The notes beneath the pieces are model-generated. The model saw only the letters and a list, made by a program, of their open reading frames with translations, was not told the origin of the DNA and made no database searches. The position numbers were made by a program, and so were the translations under genes. A stretch of DNA of 58,908 nucleotides from an uncultured Candidatus Saccharibacteria bacterium. Its GTDB lineage: Bacteria; Patescibacteriota; Minisyncoccia; JACPXH01. Positions within the stretch are counted from its first letter, which is position 1, and each line of letters opens with the position of its first letter. Below, one piece after another: positions 36,638 to 45,668 of this stretch. The DNA is taken from positions 1 to 58,908 of the forward strand of contig CAYPCM010000003.1 in assembly GCA_964409225.1 (NCBI GenBank), written 5' to 3'.

Positions 36638-37560
36638 GACCTGCATTCGTTCGCGCCCTCACTGCTGCCGCTGCCAAAGACCGACGGATCGTGCTGCTCA
36701 CTGGCGACCTTGGCTATAACGCCCTCGAACCTTTCAAGGATAGGTTCCCGGACAGATTCCTCAACATGGGCTTGTCTGAACAGAACATGGTGGGGTTTGC
36801 GGCCGGGCTCGCGCTCGCCGGCAAAATCCCCGTCGTCTACTCCATCGCGACCTTCATGACGCTCAAAACCGTGGAGCAGCTGCGCAACGACGTTTGCTAC
36901 CAAGGACTCAATGTGAAAGTTGTGGGGGTTGGCGCGGGGCTCACCTATTCGCAGTACGGCGCGACCCACCACGCGACTGAAGACATTGCGCTGATGCGAC
37001 TCTTACCCTCCATGAAAGTTATCTGCCCGGGCGATCCTGTTGAGGTGACTGGGGCAACACATGCCCTGCTCAAGGATCCCGCACCCTGCTATTTGCGCAT
37101 TGGCGCACGGGGCGAACCCAACATCCACCCGAAATCCATTTCGTTCCGGATCGGCCGAGGGTACCTGGTGCGGCCGGGCAAAGATGCGGTGCTCATCGCA
37201 ACCGGCAATATGCTGGCCAACACCGTTGCGGCGGCTCAGATCCTGGCTAAACGCGCCGCCCACATGACGGTAGTCAGCATGCCAACGGTTAAACCCCTCG
37301 ACGAAGCACTCCTGCGCAAGCTTGGCCGCACCTTCCGCCATCTCTTTACCGTTGAAGAACACACGACCATCGGCGGATTCGGCAGCGCGGTGGCCGACTT
37401 TCTCGCGGACGAACATGAACAACCACGCCTGCACCGCATCGCGCTCGCAGACGAATTCCAGAAGACCACGGGCTGGCTCGATTGGCTACGAGCACAAAAC
37501 GGCCTCTCACCAGAAGGCATAGCCAAAACGGTATTGAGGACGCTCAAGAAACGCTCATGA
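36634..37560 (+). CDS. Transketolase-like C-terminal subunit (second copy)
   Basis: LTGDLG, GLSEQNM, GATHH and TVEEH motifs. Confidence 0.9.
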   Translation: MRPAFVRALTAAAAKDRRIVLLTGDLGYNALEPFKDRFPDRFLNMGLSEQNMVGFAAGLALAGKIPVVYSIATFMTLKTVEQLRNDVCYQGLNVKVVGVGAGLTYSQYGATHHATEDIALMRLLPSMKVICPGDPVEVTGATHALLKDPAPCYLRIGARGEPNIHPKSISFRIGRGYLVRPGKDAVLIATGNMLANTVAAAQILAKRAAHMTVVSMPTVKPLDEALLRKLGRTFRHLFTVEEHTTIGGFGSAVADFLADEHEQPRLHRIALADEFQKTTGWLDWLRAQNGLSPEGIAKTVLRTLKKRS

Positions 37561-38504
37561 TGACCGCGAAGAAAATTTCCGCCATCATTGCCTGCTACAA
37601 GGACGAACCGGCAATTCCGATCATGTACGAGCGGCTCACGCGGACCTTCCAGAAGATCGGCCCGAATTACGAGATCGTCTTCGTCAACGATGGCAGCCCG
37701 GACAACTCGGAAGCGGTACTCGCCGAATTAGCGGCTCAAGATCAACACGTGGTGGTAATCAACCACTCTCGTAATTTCAGCACCCAGAACGTTCATTTGA
37801 GCGGCATGGAAATCGCAACCGGCGATGCGGTGGTGCTACTCGACGGCGACTTGCAAGATCCGCCCGAACTCATTGAACAGTTCGCCGAGAAGTGGCTCGA
37901 GGGCTATGACGTGGTTTACGGCATCCGGGTCAAACGCGAGGCCCCGGGCTGGATGCAAATTGCCTATAAGCTTTTCTACCGAATTTTCCAGAAACTCGCG
38001 TACGTGAAGATCCCCCTTGATGCCGGCGATTTTTCGCTTCTGGACCGCAAAGTGGTACGCGTCTTAAACCAAATGCCAGAGGTAGATCGTTTCACCCGCG
38101 GCATGCGCGCTTGGGTAGGATTTCGTCAAACCGGCGTCCCCTACGTACGGCCCGAGCGAATGTTCGGCCGCTCCACCAATAATCTCTGGCGGAACATCCG
38201 GTGGGCGAAAAAGGGCATATTTTCCTTCTCGTACGCACCGCTTGAGTGGGTTTCGTTCATTGCGGGGGTCGTAACGGTGCTCGCCGCCCTCGCCATTGTG
38301 GTTTATATAGTCCTCGCCATCATATGGCCTGCCCCGCGCGGGTTCCTGTCAATACTCATGGCCATTCTCTTTTTCGGAGCAGTGCAGCTTTTGGCGCTTT
38401 CGGTCATCGGTGAATACATTGCCAAAATCTTCGAAGAGGTCAAACGCCGTCCAAAGTTCATTGTAAAAAGCATATTCAATGATCCTCGACAGAAGACGCC
38501 CTGA
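37557..38504 (+). CDS. GT2 polyprenol-phosphate glycosyltransferase (GtrB type), paralogue of 15160-16098
   Basis: VNDGSPD, SRNF, LDGDLQDPPE and RAWVGFRQTGVPYVR motifs; two C-terminal TMs; ATGA overlap start. Confidence 0.9.
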   Translation: MMTAKKISAIIACYKDEPAIPIMYERLTRTFQKIGPNYEIVFVNDGSPDNSEAVLAELAAQDQHVVVINHSRNFSTQNVHLSGMEIATGDAVVLLDGDLQDPPELIEQFAEKWLEGYDVVYGIRVKREAPGWMQIAYKLFYRIFQKLAYVKIPLDAGDFSLLDRKVVRVLNQMPEVDRFTRGMRAWVGFRQTGVPYVRPERMFGRSTNNLWRNIRWAKKGIFSFSYAPLEWVSFIAGVVTVLAALAIVVYIVLAIIWPAPRGFLSILMAILFFGAVQLLALSVIGEYIAKIFEEVKRRPKFIVKSIFNDPRQKTP

Positions 38505-38509
38505 AACTA

Positions 38510-38538
38510 TTGACGAAACAATGCAGTGATGCTACAGT
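38510..38538 (+). promoter_or_regulatory. Putative sigma70 promoter
   Basis: TTGACG, 17-nt spacer, TGc-TACAGT. Confidence 0.65.
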
Positions 38539-38581
38539 GGCCTAACCTGCGTGCCATGAACGAAAATAGAGGAGGAGAGGG

Positions 38582-39127
38582 ATGGACCAGACGGATGATG
38601 CGACCTTCTGCAGGCTTGGCGATCAGCTCATTGAAGAACGTAAGCGAGGGATCCGGTGGTCGCCGGATGTTTTTGAGGTGGCGCTGCGACTCATGTGTCC
38701 GGCTGCCTTCGAGGCGGTCATCCCGCGGTGGGTGCCCGACGGCACCCTGCGGGGATCGCTCGAGGTGTGGCTGGCCAAACGCAGCGCTGACGAGCTGGCC
38801 TTCCCGGACATGTGGCACGGCCCAGGCACTTACTTCGTGCCTGGCGAGAGCGACGAGGACACCGCACTGCGCCTCGTCAACAAGGAACTCGGGCCTGCTC
38901 GCCTCGTCAAATTCGAGCAGGTGACCTCTATTAACCTGCGCCACGACCTGCGCTTCCGTGCGAGCACGCGGAGCGTAATCTTCTGTTGCTGGCTCGACGG
39001 CCTTCCGGCCAAAGGCCGATGGTGGCGGGTTGACCGCCTCGGTGAGGTAAACCTCATCGACTCGCACCACGAGATCATCGCCCTTGGGCTCGCGCCTTTC
39101 CTGCGGAACCCACAGCGTTTCTACTAG
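38582..39127 (+). CDS. Nudix hydrolase, GDP-mannose mannosyl hydrolase (Gmm/NudD)-like
   Basis: WHGPGT....GES.ED..LRL..KELG variant Nudix box; AGGAGG SD. Confidence 0.65.
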   Translation: MDQTDDATFCRLGDQLIEERKRGIRWSPDVFEVALRLMCPAAFEAVIPRWVPDGTLRGSLEVWLAKRSADELAFPDMWHGPGTYFVPGESDEDTALRLVNKELGPARLVKFEQVTSINLRHDLRFRASTRSVIFCCWLDGLPAKGRWWRVDRLGEVNLIDSHHEIIALGLAPFLRNPQRFY

Positions 39128-39143
39128 CGCCTCGCACAAACTG

Positions 39144-39176
39144 CAGGTCCGACACCGTTCGACGGTGTCGGACCTG
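39144..39176. terminator. Perfect 15-bp hairpin between convergent genes (bidirectional terminator or REP-like element)
   Basis: CAGGTCCGACACCGT-tcg-ACGGTGTCGGACCTG. Confidence 0.7.
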
Positions 39177-39200
39177 AAATTTTGATATACCCTACGAGGC

Positions 39201-41261
39201 CTATCCGGTCGGACGCGCTACCTTTAGCCGATAAACATCAAGCGTGCGCAGCGTTTCAACCTTGTCGTACCGCTCTTGAACCCGCGCCATGAAGTATTGA
39301 ACCTGATCGTTTGGCTCGCGCGCGACGAACAGATACGGCGGCGGCTCGGCCCTTGTCTGCATAGCGAGCGCATCCATCTGGGAGGCAAAAAAGATGTTAA
39401 AAAGATAATAGGAGTCGAGGGCATTTGGCCGCTCGGCAGAAATGAGTACCTGCGTGTCGCGCGGGGAAATCACGGCGAGGCGTTTGAGCTGCGGGTAACG
39501 TCGTGCCATCGTCCTACCATCCTCGTATTCAGCCCGCCACGAGAGTTCTCGCTCCCCAAAACCGCTCAAGCTTTCAGAAATACGGCGGTAATCTCGCCCG
39601 GCGAACTCTACCGGCGCCTTGGCAATGAAAAGCAACGCCGCCAAGCAAACCAGGGCATAGGCAGCGGCAGTGAGCGTCCGGCTCGACCAAGCCGGCTCAA
39701 GCCGAACCTCGTCTCCAAGGGCATAGTGCTTAAAAAAATAGAGTAACACGAGTACCAGTGGACCCGTAGTCAGATACAGGTTCTGCCAGGACGATTCACC
39801 AACGTAATAGAGTAAGTTGAAAATTCCGAAGAAAAAGAGAAACACGAGCGGCAGGTCCAACGTACGACCTTGCTGATGCTCCGAGAAAAGCACGAGGCCA
39901 ACGACGAGGTACAAAAATACCATCACCTCAAAAACGCCGAGCGCCGGCAGCGGGGTCATGCCAATACCCGCTCCGAAGTGAGCAACCTCTCGCCAAATGA
40001 GCGCCCAATTCGGCAAGACCCCGAAGACAGCCGCGTTCACGAGACCGACAAGGGCAGCCACCACACCGATCGCCAGCGCATACTGTCCGGCAAGTCGCAG
40101 GAGCACGAGTACCGGTCGACTAGCAGAACGAGTGGCGCAATACGCAAAGGCGAGAAACGATGCGGCAACGACATATAAGCCCGCGTCAAAGACCCAAAAA
40201 AGCGCGACAGCCGAGCAGAAGATCGCGCCCGTGCGCCAGATGGGCCGACCCGTTTTGCTGAAAGCGAGAAGTAAAAAAAGTATCAGCAGGTACCAGCCGT
40301 AGCGCAGCGGCGTCATGGCCGGGAAAAACAGGGCTGAACGGGTTGGGCTCGTCTGGAAAAGGTACAGGATCGAATAGAGGCAGAAAATGCCGACCATGGC
40401 CAAGAGCCGTGAGTGGAGCCACTGCTTGATGAACAGATACATCCCCACAAAGAACGCGCCGAAGAAGAAGGTGATGATGAGGGCGGCCATCGGGTAGGTC
40501 AACGGAAGCAGGTACGTAAAGACGAAGGCGAGAAAGTATACGTCGAAGAGCCCGTACAGATGGGTGGTTTCGTAGAGCAGCGCCTTGCCGTAGAGCATGT
40601 CGTTGACCGACCCCAAGAAGAAATTGTAGTGGTGCGGATCCAACGGGAAATTTGGGTGGAAGACGGCGAGCGCAATCGCGAAAACGAGGAATGCCTCAAA
40701 CTTTCCCCACCCCGGATATGCAGCGGTGCGCCGCAGCCAGGCGAACCCGGGTCGGCGGCGCGAAAACAAAAACCATACGAATACGGCCGCACTCACCAAT
40801 AAGATAAGAGTGGTTATGAAAATGCGCTTGGTGAACAAAAGCCAGAGTGCTTGGCTGAATCCTGCCGTGGCTAGGTAGTCCAGGTAAAAACTGAAATTGA
40901 TGCGACTCAAGCGCCAGGCAACCAGCAGGACCCCCGAGACAGCTACCATAAGAAGCAACAAACGCAAAGCGCCCGGCGACACCTTCGGTACTCGTCGCAG
41001 ACCCGAATACAAAAACCAGGCCAGGAGCGGGATTACAAGGTAACCGGCAAGGTAGAGCGCCGCCTCGAGTGGCTCGGGTTGAGAAAGCCGGCTAAAACTC
41101 GCAAAGAGGTCGGGCGCCGACCGCGCCAAGCCGAACGTGTGATAAAGCCAGTCCTGCAGGAAACGACTGGCCGCAAAATACACCGCCACGGCCACGGCTA
41201 AGGCCGCGCCGTACTGCGGCCGCTCGAGAACTTGTTCGCTGAACCGTCGCCACCAACTCAT
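39201..41261 (-). CDS. Large multipass membrane protein, putative GT-C transferase (paralogue 1 of 3)
   Basis: PNFPLDPHHYNFFLGSVNDMLYGK.LLYET..LYGL loop; about 13-15 TMs; C-terminal TLDVYR. Confidence 0.7.
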   Translation of the reverse strand: MSWWRRFSEQVLERPQYGAALAVAVAVYFAASRFLQDWLYHTFGLARSAPDLFASFSRLSQPEPLEAALYLAGYLVIPLLAWFLYSGLRRVPKVSPGALRLLLLMVAVSGVLLVAWRLSRINFSFYLDYLATAGFSQALWLLFTKRIFITTLILLVSAAVFVWFLFSRRRPGFAWLRRTAAYPGWGKFEAFLVFAIALAVFHPNFPLDPHHYNFFLGSVNDMLYGKALLYETTHLYGLFDVYFLAFVFTYLLPLTYPMAALIITFFFGAFFVGMYLFIKQWLHSRLLAMVGIFCLYSILYLFQTSPTRSALFFPAMTPLRYGWYLLILFLLLAFSKTGRPIWRTGAIFCSAVALFWVFDAGLYVVAASFLAFAYCATRSASRPVLVLLRLAGQYALAIGVVAALVGLVNAAVFGVLPNWALIWREVAHFGAGIGMTPLPALGVFEVMVFLYLVVGLVLFSEHQQGRTLDLPLVFLFFFGIFNLLYYVGESSWQNLYLTTGPLVLVLLYFFKHYALGDEVRLEPAWSSRTLTAAAYALVCLAALLFIAKAPVEFAGRDYRRISESLSGFGERELSWRAEYEDGRTMARRYPQLKRLAVISPRDTQVLISAERPNALDSYYLFNIFFASQMDALAMQTRAEPPPYLFVAREPNDQVQYFMARVQERYDKVETLRTLDVYRLKVARPTG

Positions 41262-43273
41262 AGGTCAGCGCGCCGGTAAACATCGAGTGTCTGCCAGGAT
41301 TCGACTTTGGTGTACTGCGCGCCGAGACTCGCCGTAAACTGATCGAGTCGCACGTCGCGCACTCGCCCGATAAATACATGGGGCGCGCGCTCTCGGAAGA
41401 CCTGATCGGTGAGCACCTGAAGGTCTTTGGGCGTAACCACGTTGAGATGGTCATAGATGGGGAATGCATTGACGCGACCGGCCAAAATCAGGAGCTTCGC
41501 ATCGAACAGGTGCAGGAGCGGCACGCGCCCGAGAGTTGGAAAACGCTCGCGCAACTTCCGGGCATCCCCAAGGAGCTCTCGGTCTTCGACTCGGGTCGCC
41601 GTGAGGTTTTGCCGGACGTGACGATAGTCCCGACCCCAGAACTCCGTCGGGATTTTGATCGCAAGCACGAAGGCAACGAACACGAGACCTGCGGCAAAGA
41701 GATGGCCTGCGAGGAGCGGAGTCCGAGGACGCGGTTCGCGGATGAATACCGTGTGGAATACAAATAGTATAAGCAGTATGAACGGCGTCGCGACGGCTAA
41801 AAGGTACCCCCAGACGGAAGTGCCAACGTAGTAGACAAATGAGAAGATGCCATAAGCCAACACGAAGATCATGGTTGGTTCAAGCGGCCGCCCTGCTTTA
41901 AGCCGCCAGAGTACCCACAGACACGCGGCCACATACCCGAAGACAAACAGTTCAAAAATTCCGATTACCGGCAGCGGAATCTTGGCAAAACCAGAATTGA
42001 ATAACCCTACCGCCTGTAAAATAAGTCCCCAGTTGGGCCAAGCGCCGTAGCGAAGCGCATTGAGGACATTCACGACAGCGAACAGCGCCACAACGTAGAT
42101 CCCAAGCCGTGCCGCCACGAGCCCAAAGCGCCGCAGGCGGACGCGCCAGGGCTGACCGAGAGCGAGTTCTTGGTAGGCAAAGAAAGTAATCGTGGCAATC
42201 AAGACCGCCACGCCAGTATCGAAATTCCAAAACAGTGCGACTGAGGCAAGCCCAAGCACAAGCTCACGGCGCAGCCCTGAAGGACGCGCCACGTACCCGA
42301 GGAGCGCGAGCAATACCACCGCCACAAAACCATAGCGGAAAGGCGTGAGCCCAGGGTAGAACATGGCTGAACGGAAGGGATCCACGTGCAAAAAGTAGCT
42401 CACCGCGACGATGGCGGCGGTTCCGATCACCGCGAATATCTCTGACCGCAGCCAACGCCTGATAAACACGTACAGCGCCGTATAAAAGAGGATGTACGAA
42501 AGGGCAAAGATGAGCGAGAGATAACTGTAGCCGATGGGAAACACATACCGAAACAGGAAAGCGGCAGCATAGATGTTGAAGAGCCCATACTGATTGGTTG
42601 TTTCATAAAGCAGCGCTTTGCCGTGGAGCATGTCGTTGACGGTGCCGAGTACGAAATTGTAGTGGCCGTCGTAAGAAAAGTTTGGGTCAATCACGATCAC
42701 GGCCAGAATCAGGGGCACCCACGGCCGCAGCTTCCGACAGAATGTCTCGACCCCGGGCCGAGTGAGCCAGCCGAATGTCGGCTGACGCCACCAGACGCGA
42801 AAACCCACAAACGCAACCAGCGCCGTAAGCACGGCAAGCCGGGCGATGAAAAGTCGCTTGGTAAAAAGCAGCCACAGCATCTGCCCGATCCCCTGCCGAG
42901 AGACGTATCCACCAACGTCAAGTGCAGCGAAACGCTCAAGAGCAAACACCGCCGCAGCCACAAACAACAAGGCCAACCCACCAAAGAAGAATGTCCGCCG
43001 GTACGGCGCAAAGCGCGGAGCGAGACGCTGCCAGAGGACGTACAACCCCCACGCCATGAAAGGGATTACGAGGTAGCCCAGGAAATAAAGAGGGATTTCA
43101 TACGGTTCTGGGCGTACGGAAAAACCCGGAAAAGCTTCACGGACAAGATCAGAGGGGCCAGCCCGAACAGAAAGCCAATCCTGAACGAAACGGCTAACCA
43201 CATAGTAAAACACCGTGGCCCCAACGAGGCACCAAACGTACACCGTTAGGTTGAGTGCGCGTAGGAAACGCAT
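41258..43273 (-). CDS. Large multipass membrane protein, putative GT-C transferase (paralogue 2 of 3)
   Basis: PNFSYDGHYNFVLGTVNDMLHGK.LLYET..QYGL loop; C-terminal TLDVYR. Confidence 0.7.
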   Translation of the reverse strand: MRFLRALNLTVYVWCLVGATVFYYVVSRFVQDWLSVRAGPSDLVREAFPGFSVRPEPYEIPLYFLGYLVIPFMAWGLYVLWQRLAPRFAPYRRTFFFGGLALLFVAAAVFALERFAALDVGGYVSRQGIGQMLWLLFTKRLFIARLAVLTALVAFVGFRVWWRQPTFGWLTRPGVETFCRKLRPWVPLILAVIVIDPNFSYDGHYNFVLGTVNDMLHGKALLYETTNQYGLFNIYAAAFLFRYVFPIGYSYLSLIFALSYILFYTALYVFIRRWLRSEIFAVIGTAAIVAVSYFLHVDPFRSAMFYPGLTPFRYGFVAVVLLALLGYVARPSGLRRELVLGLASVALFWNFDTGVAVLIATITFFAYQELALGQPWRVRLRRFGLVAARLGIYVVALFAVVNVLNALRYGAWPNWGLILQAVGLFNSGFAKIPLPVIGIFELFVFGYVAACLWVLWRLKAGRPLEPTMIFVLAYGIFSFVYYVGTSVWGYLLAVATPFILLILFVFHTVFIREPRPRTPLLAGHLFAAGLVFVAFVLAIKIPTEFWGRDYRHVRQNLTATRVEDRELLGDARKLRERFPTLGRVPLLHLFDAKLLILAGRVNAFPIYDHLNVVTPKDLQVLTDQVFRERAPHVFIGRVRDVRLDQFTASLGAQYTKVESWQTLDVYRRADL

Positions 43274-43403
43274 GGCATATGCACGTACCCAAGAAGATTA
43301 TTGCTCCGACCTTTCACGGATTCTCCATCCTCCGTAGCGGCACCGAACGAGAATATCCGAAAATGCCAAAATAGTAGTCTTCGAGCTCATTGTCGAACGT
43401 GGT

Positions 43404-45515
43404 TTACCGCGTCTGCACGACAAGATCCTTCAAGCGGAGCACATCTAACGTTGACAGATGGCGATCAACCGTATAGAGATCCCCCACTCCGCCGAGGAAA
43501 TACGCTATTTTGTCGGTGTACTGAGCAAAGGGACGAAAACCCGGGCTACCGACACGCCCCACGAACAGGTAGGACGGTTTCTCAAGGCGCGTTTTCGCAA
43601 TAACCTTCTCCAGTTGCGGCTTGAGAAAAACAGACTGCAAGTTCATCATGGGCAGGAAATTCGTTTTATTGAGGTCAAGCAGAATTTTACCGTCGTACCA
43701 ATGTACCAACGCAGGCCGCTGAATGCCGGCGTAGTCTTTTTTGAGTATGGCAATGTCGCTTAATATTTCGGTGTACCCGCCATACACTTCACGGCGACCA
43801 ACAATCTCAGCAAAATAATTCTGCCGGATGGTGGCATAGTTGCGAGCGCTCAGCGTCCACCAAACTCTCGCACCCCCGTAGAATACCGCCATCGTAGCTA
43901 CCCCTACAAGGATTGCTGAAAAAGCGCGATAGAGCTCTGGCGATCGGCGCTGCGCAGTCAAAAAAACATGACACCACCACGCCACCAACACAATGAGAAA
44001 AATTGACATACGTGGCGCGAGATTGAAAGTGTGGGGGCGAACCAAATAATAGAAAAACTGTGATACTCCGAAGAGAACTATGAAAAGCGGCATCAGGAGC
44101 TCGTCGGTCTTTCGATGCTGATACGCCTGCCCAACGATGTAGCCGAGGCTGACGATAAATACAAAAATGTACACGTAATACAGGCCGTGACTCGGTAAAT
44201 CGATCAATTGATATCCCTTCCGATACACTGACGAGGCCTCATAGAGGAGCGACCACTGCGGCCATCTGCCCCAGCGCAAGTACTGCGTGACCGAATAAGA
44301 AAATGCTAACCCAACAATTCCGCCGATTAACTTGGTAACCTGCCACAGAAAAGATCGCACACGCTCTCGGAGCGGTTGATCTTGAAAAAGGGCCAAGAAG
44401 AAAAAAACTCCGAGCGTCGCAAAAACCAAATACATCCCGGTATCCACAAACCAGAAGAACCCGACTGCGGTTGCGAGGAGTATGGGGTTTTCCGTACGCG
44501 ATCGCACGGCAACACGCGTGCGGTAGCGCCACCACAGCCACGCGAGGGCAAGAAACATCAACTGATGGAACGGTGTATGGGCTGGCGGTCCGTACGCAAA
44601 GTCGAAGTGTGCAAGGGGGATGTTAAAGAAAATCACTATCGCGAGCACTACGCCGACTGCTAACACCTCGGAACGCAACCATTGCCTTACCAAGTAATAC
44701 CACCCCAGAGACCAGAGCATAAATGCCGCCGCCAACACCGCGGACAACGCATGGTAAGAAATCGGAATCAAAAAACGGAAGATGGCATAGAGGAAATAGG
44801 TGTTGAGTAAACCGTAGGGGCTGCTCGTATCGAAGAGGAATTGCTTGCCGTGCAGCAAATCGTTCACTGGTCCCAAATGATCGTTGTAATGGTCGAGGTC
44901 GATGGGGAAATTGGGTGAAAAAATAAAAAGTAGAACGAACAGCAGCACCCACCACCGAATTTTCTGCCACGGCAATCGCTCAAGCCTGGCTATAAAAGAT
45001 GCAACCCCATACCGCCTGTGGTACCACCACAGCGCGATGAGCAGAGCCGCGACCGTAAGCGCCTGAATTTTGAGATCGCCCTGCGGTCGAATCTGCCTCC
45101 AGAGCTGCAACGCGAACAGATGGAGGGCGATGGTGTACAGCAAAAACAACAGGACACTCGCGAATAGTCCCATTGGCCATCGCTTCACGAAGGCCGGGGT
45201 CAGGTACTCGTGTTCAAGCAACCAGCGGCAACCGGAGACGACCCCGAAGGCGAGCAGCGGGATGATCAGGTAACCCGCGAGGTAGACTGGGATGACGTAC
45301 GGCTGCGGCCGGAATACGAGCTGGGTGAAATAAAAAGCTTCCGGGAGAATCCGGGAGGTATGATGACGGGCGAAATCTAAGAGGGGTGCCGCCAGCTGAT
45401 AGTACAGAACGACCGATCCGGCGATCGCCGGAACCCACAGACCCTCTTGATTGCCGTGCTGGACTCTCCGAACCAGCGCTTTGCCGATCTCGGCCGCTCG
45501 GACGGACCAGCTCAT
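43404..45515 (-). CDS. Large multipass membrane protein, putative GT-C transferase (paralogue 3 of 3)
   Basis: PNFPIDLDHYNDHLGPVNDLLHGK..L.DT...YGL loop; C-terminal TLDVLR. Start at MSWSV (45515). Confidence 0.7.
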   Translation of the reverse strand: MSWSVRAAEIGKALVRRVQHGNQEGLWVPAIAGSVVLYYQLAAPLLDFARHHTSRILPEAFYFTQLVFRPQPYVIPVYLAGYLIIPLLAFGVVSGCRWLLEHEYLTPAFVKRWPMGLFASVLLFLLYTIALHLFALQLWRQIRPQGDLKIQALTVAALLIALWWYHRRYGVASFIARLERLPWQKIRWWVLLFVLLFIFSPNFPIDLDHYNDHLGPVNDLLHGKQFLFDTSSPYGLLNTYFLYAIFRFLIPISYHALSAVLAAAFMLWSLGWYYLVRQWLRSEVLAVGVVLAIVIFFNIPLAHFDFAYGPPAHTPFHQLMFLALAWLWWRYRTRVAVRSRTENPILLATAVGFFWFVDTGMYLVFATLGVFFFLALFQDQPLRERVRSFLWQVTKLIGGIVGLAFSYSVTQYLRWGRWPQWSLLYEASSVYRKGYQLIDLPSHGLYYVYIFVFIVSLGYIVGQAYQHRKTDELLMPLFIVLFGVSQFFYYLVRPHTFNLAPRMSIFLIVLVAWWCHVFLTAQRRSPELYRAFSAILVGVATMAVFYGGARVWWTLSARNYATIRQNYFAEIVGRREVYGGYTEILSDIAILKKDYAGIQRPALVHWYDGKILLDLNKTNFLPMMNLQSVFLKPQLEKVIAKTRLEKPSYLFVGRVGSPGFRPFAQYTDKIAYFLGGVGDLYTVDRHLSTLDVLRLKDLVVQTR

Positions 45516-45668
45516 CGCTTTTTTTTCGAACAAGAAAGGCGGGGGGACACGCTGCCCGCGAATCGGTCGCGTACCCGCCATTCGTCGAGCACAAAAATCT
45601 GCTCAGTGATTGACATGATCGTACAACGCACCGTGAAAACCCGCTGTTACTATAGCGTACCCGCTTGT

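Noticed and set aside
43314-43403. About 29 open codons (TTFDNELEDYYFGIFGYSRSVPLRRMENP*) in frame after the TAA of paralogue 3
   Set aside because: It could be a gene remnant or readthrough, but it is short, matches nothing I recognise, and paralogues 1 and 2 end at the equivalent position.
39201-45515. Diversity-generating retroelement or gene-conversion cassettes among the three paralogues
   Set aside because: The DNA similarity (for example 40530-40620 versus 42570-42665) is ordinary paralogy with mostly synonymous changes. There is no adenine-specific pattern and no reverse transcriptase.
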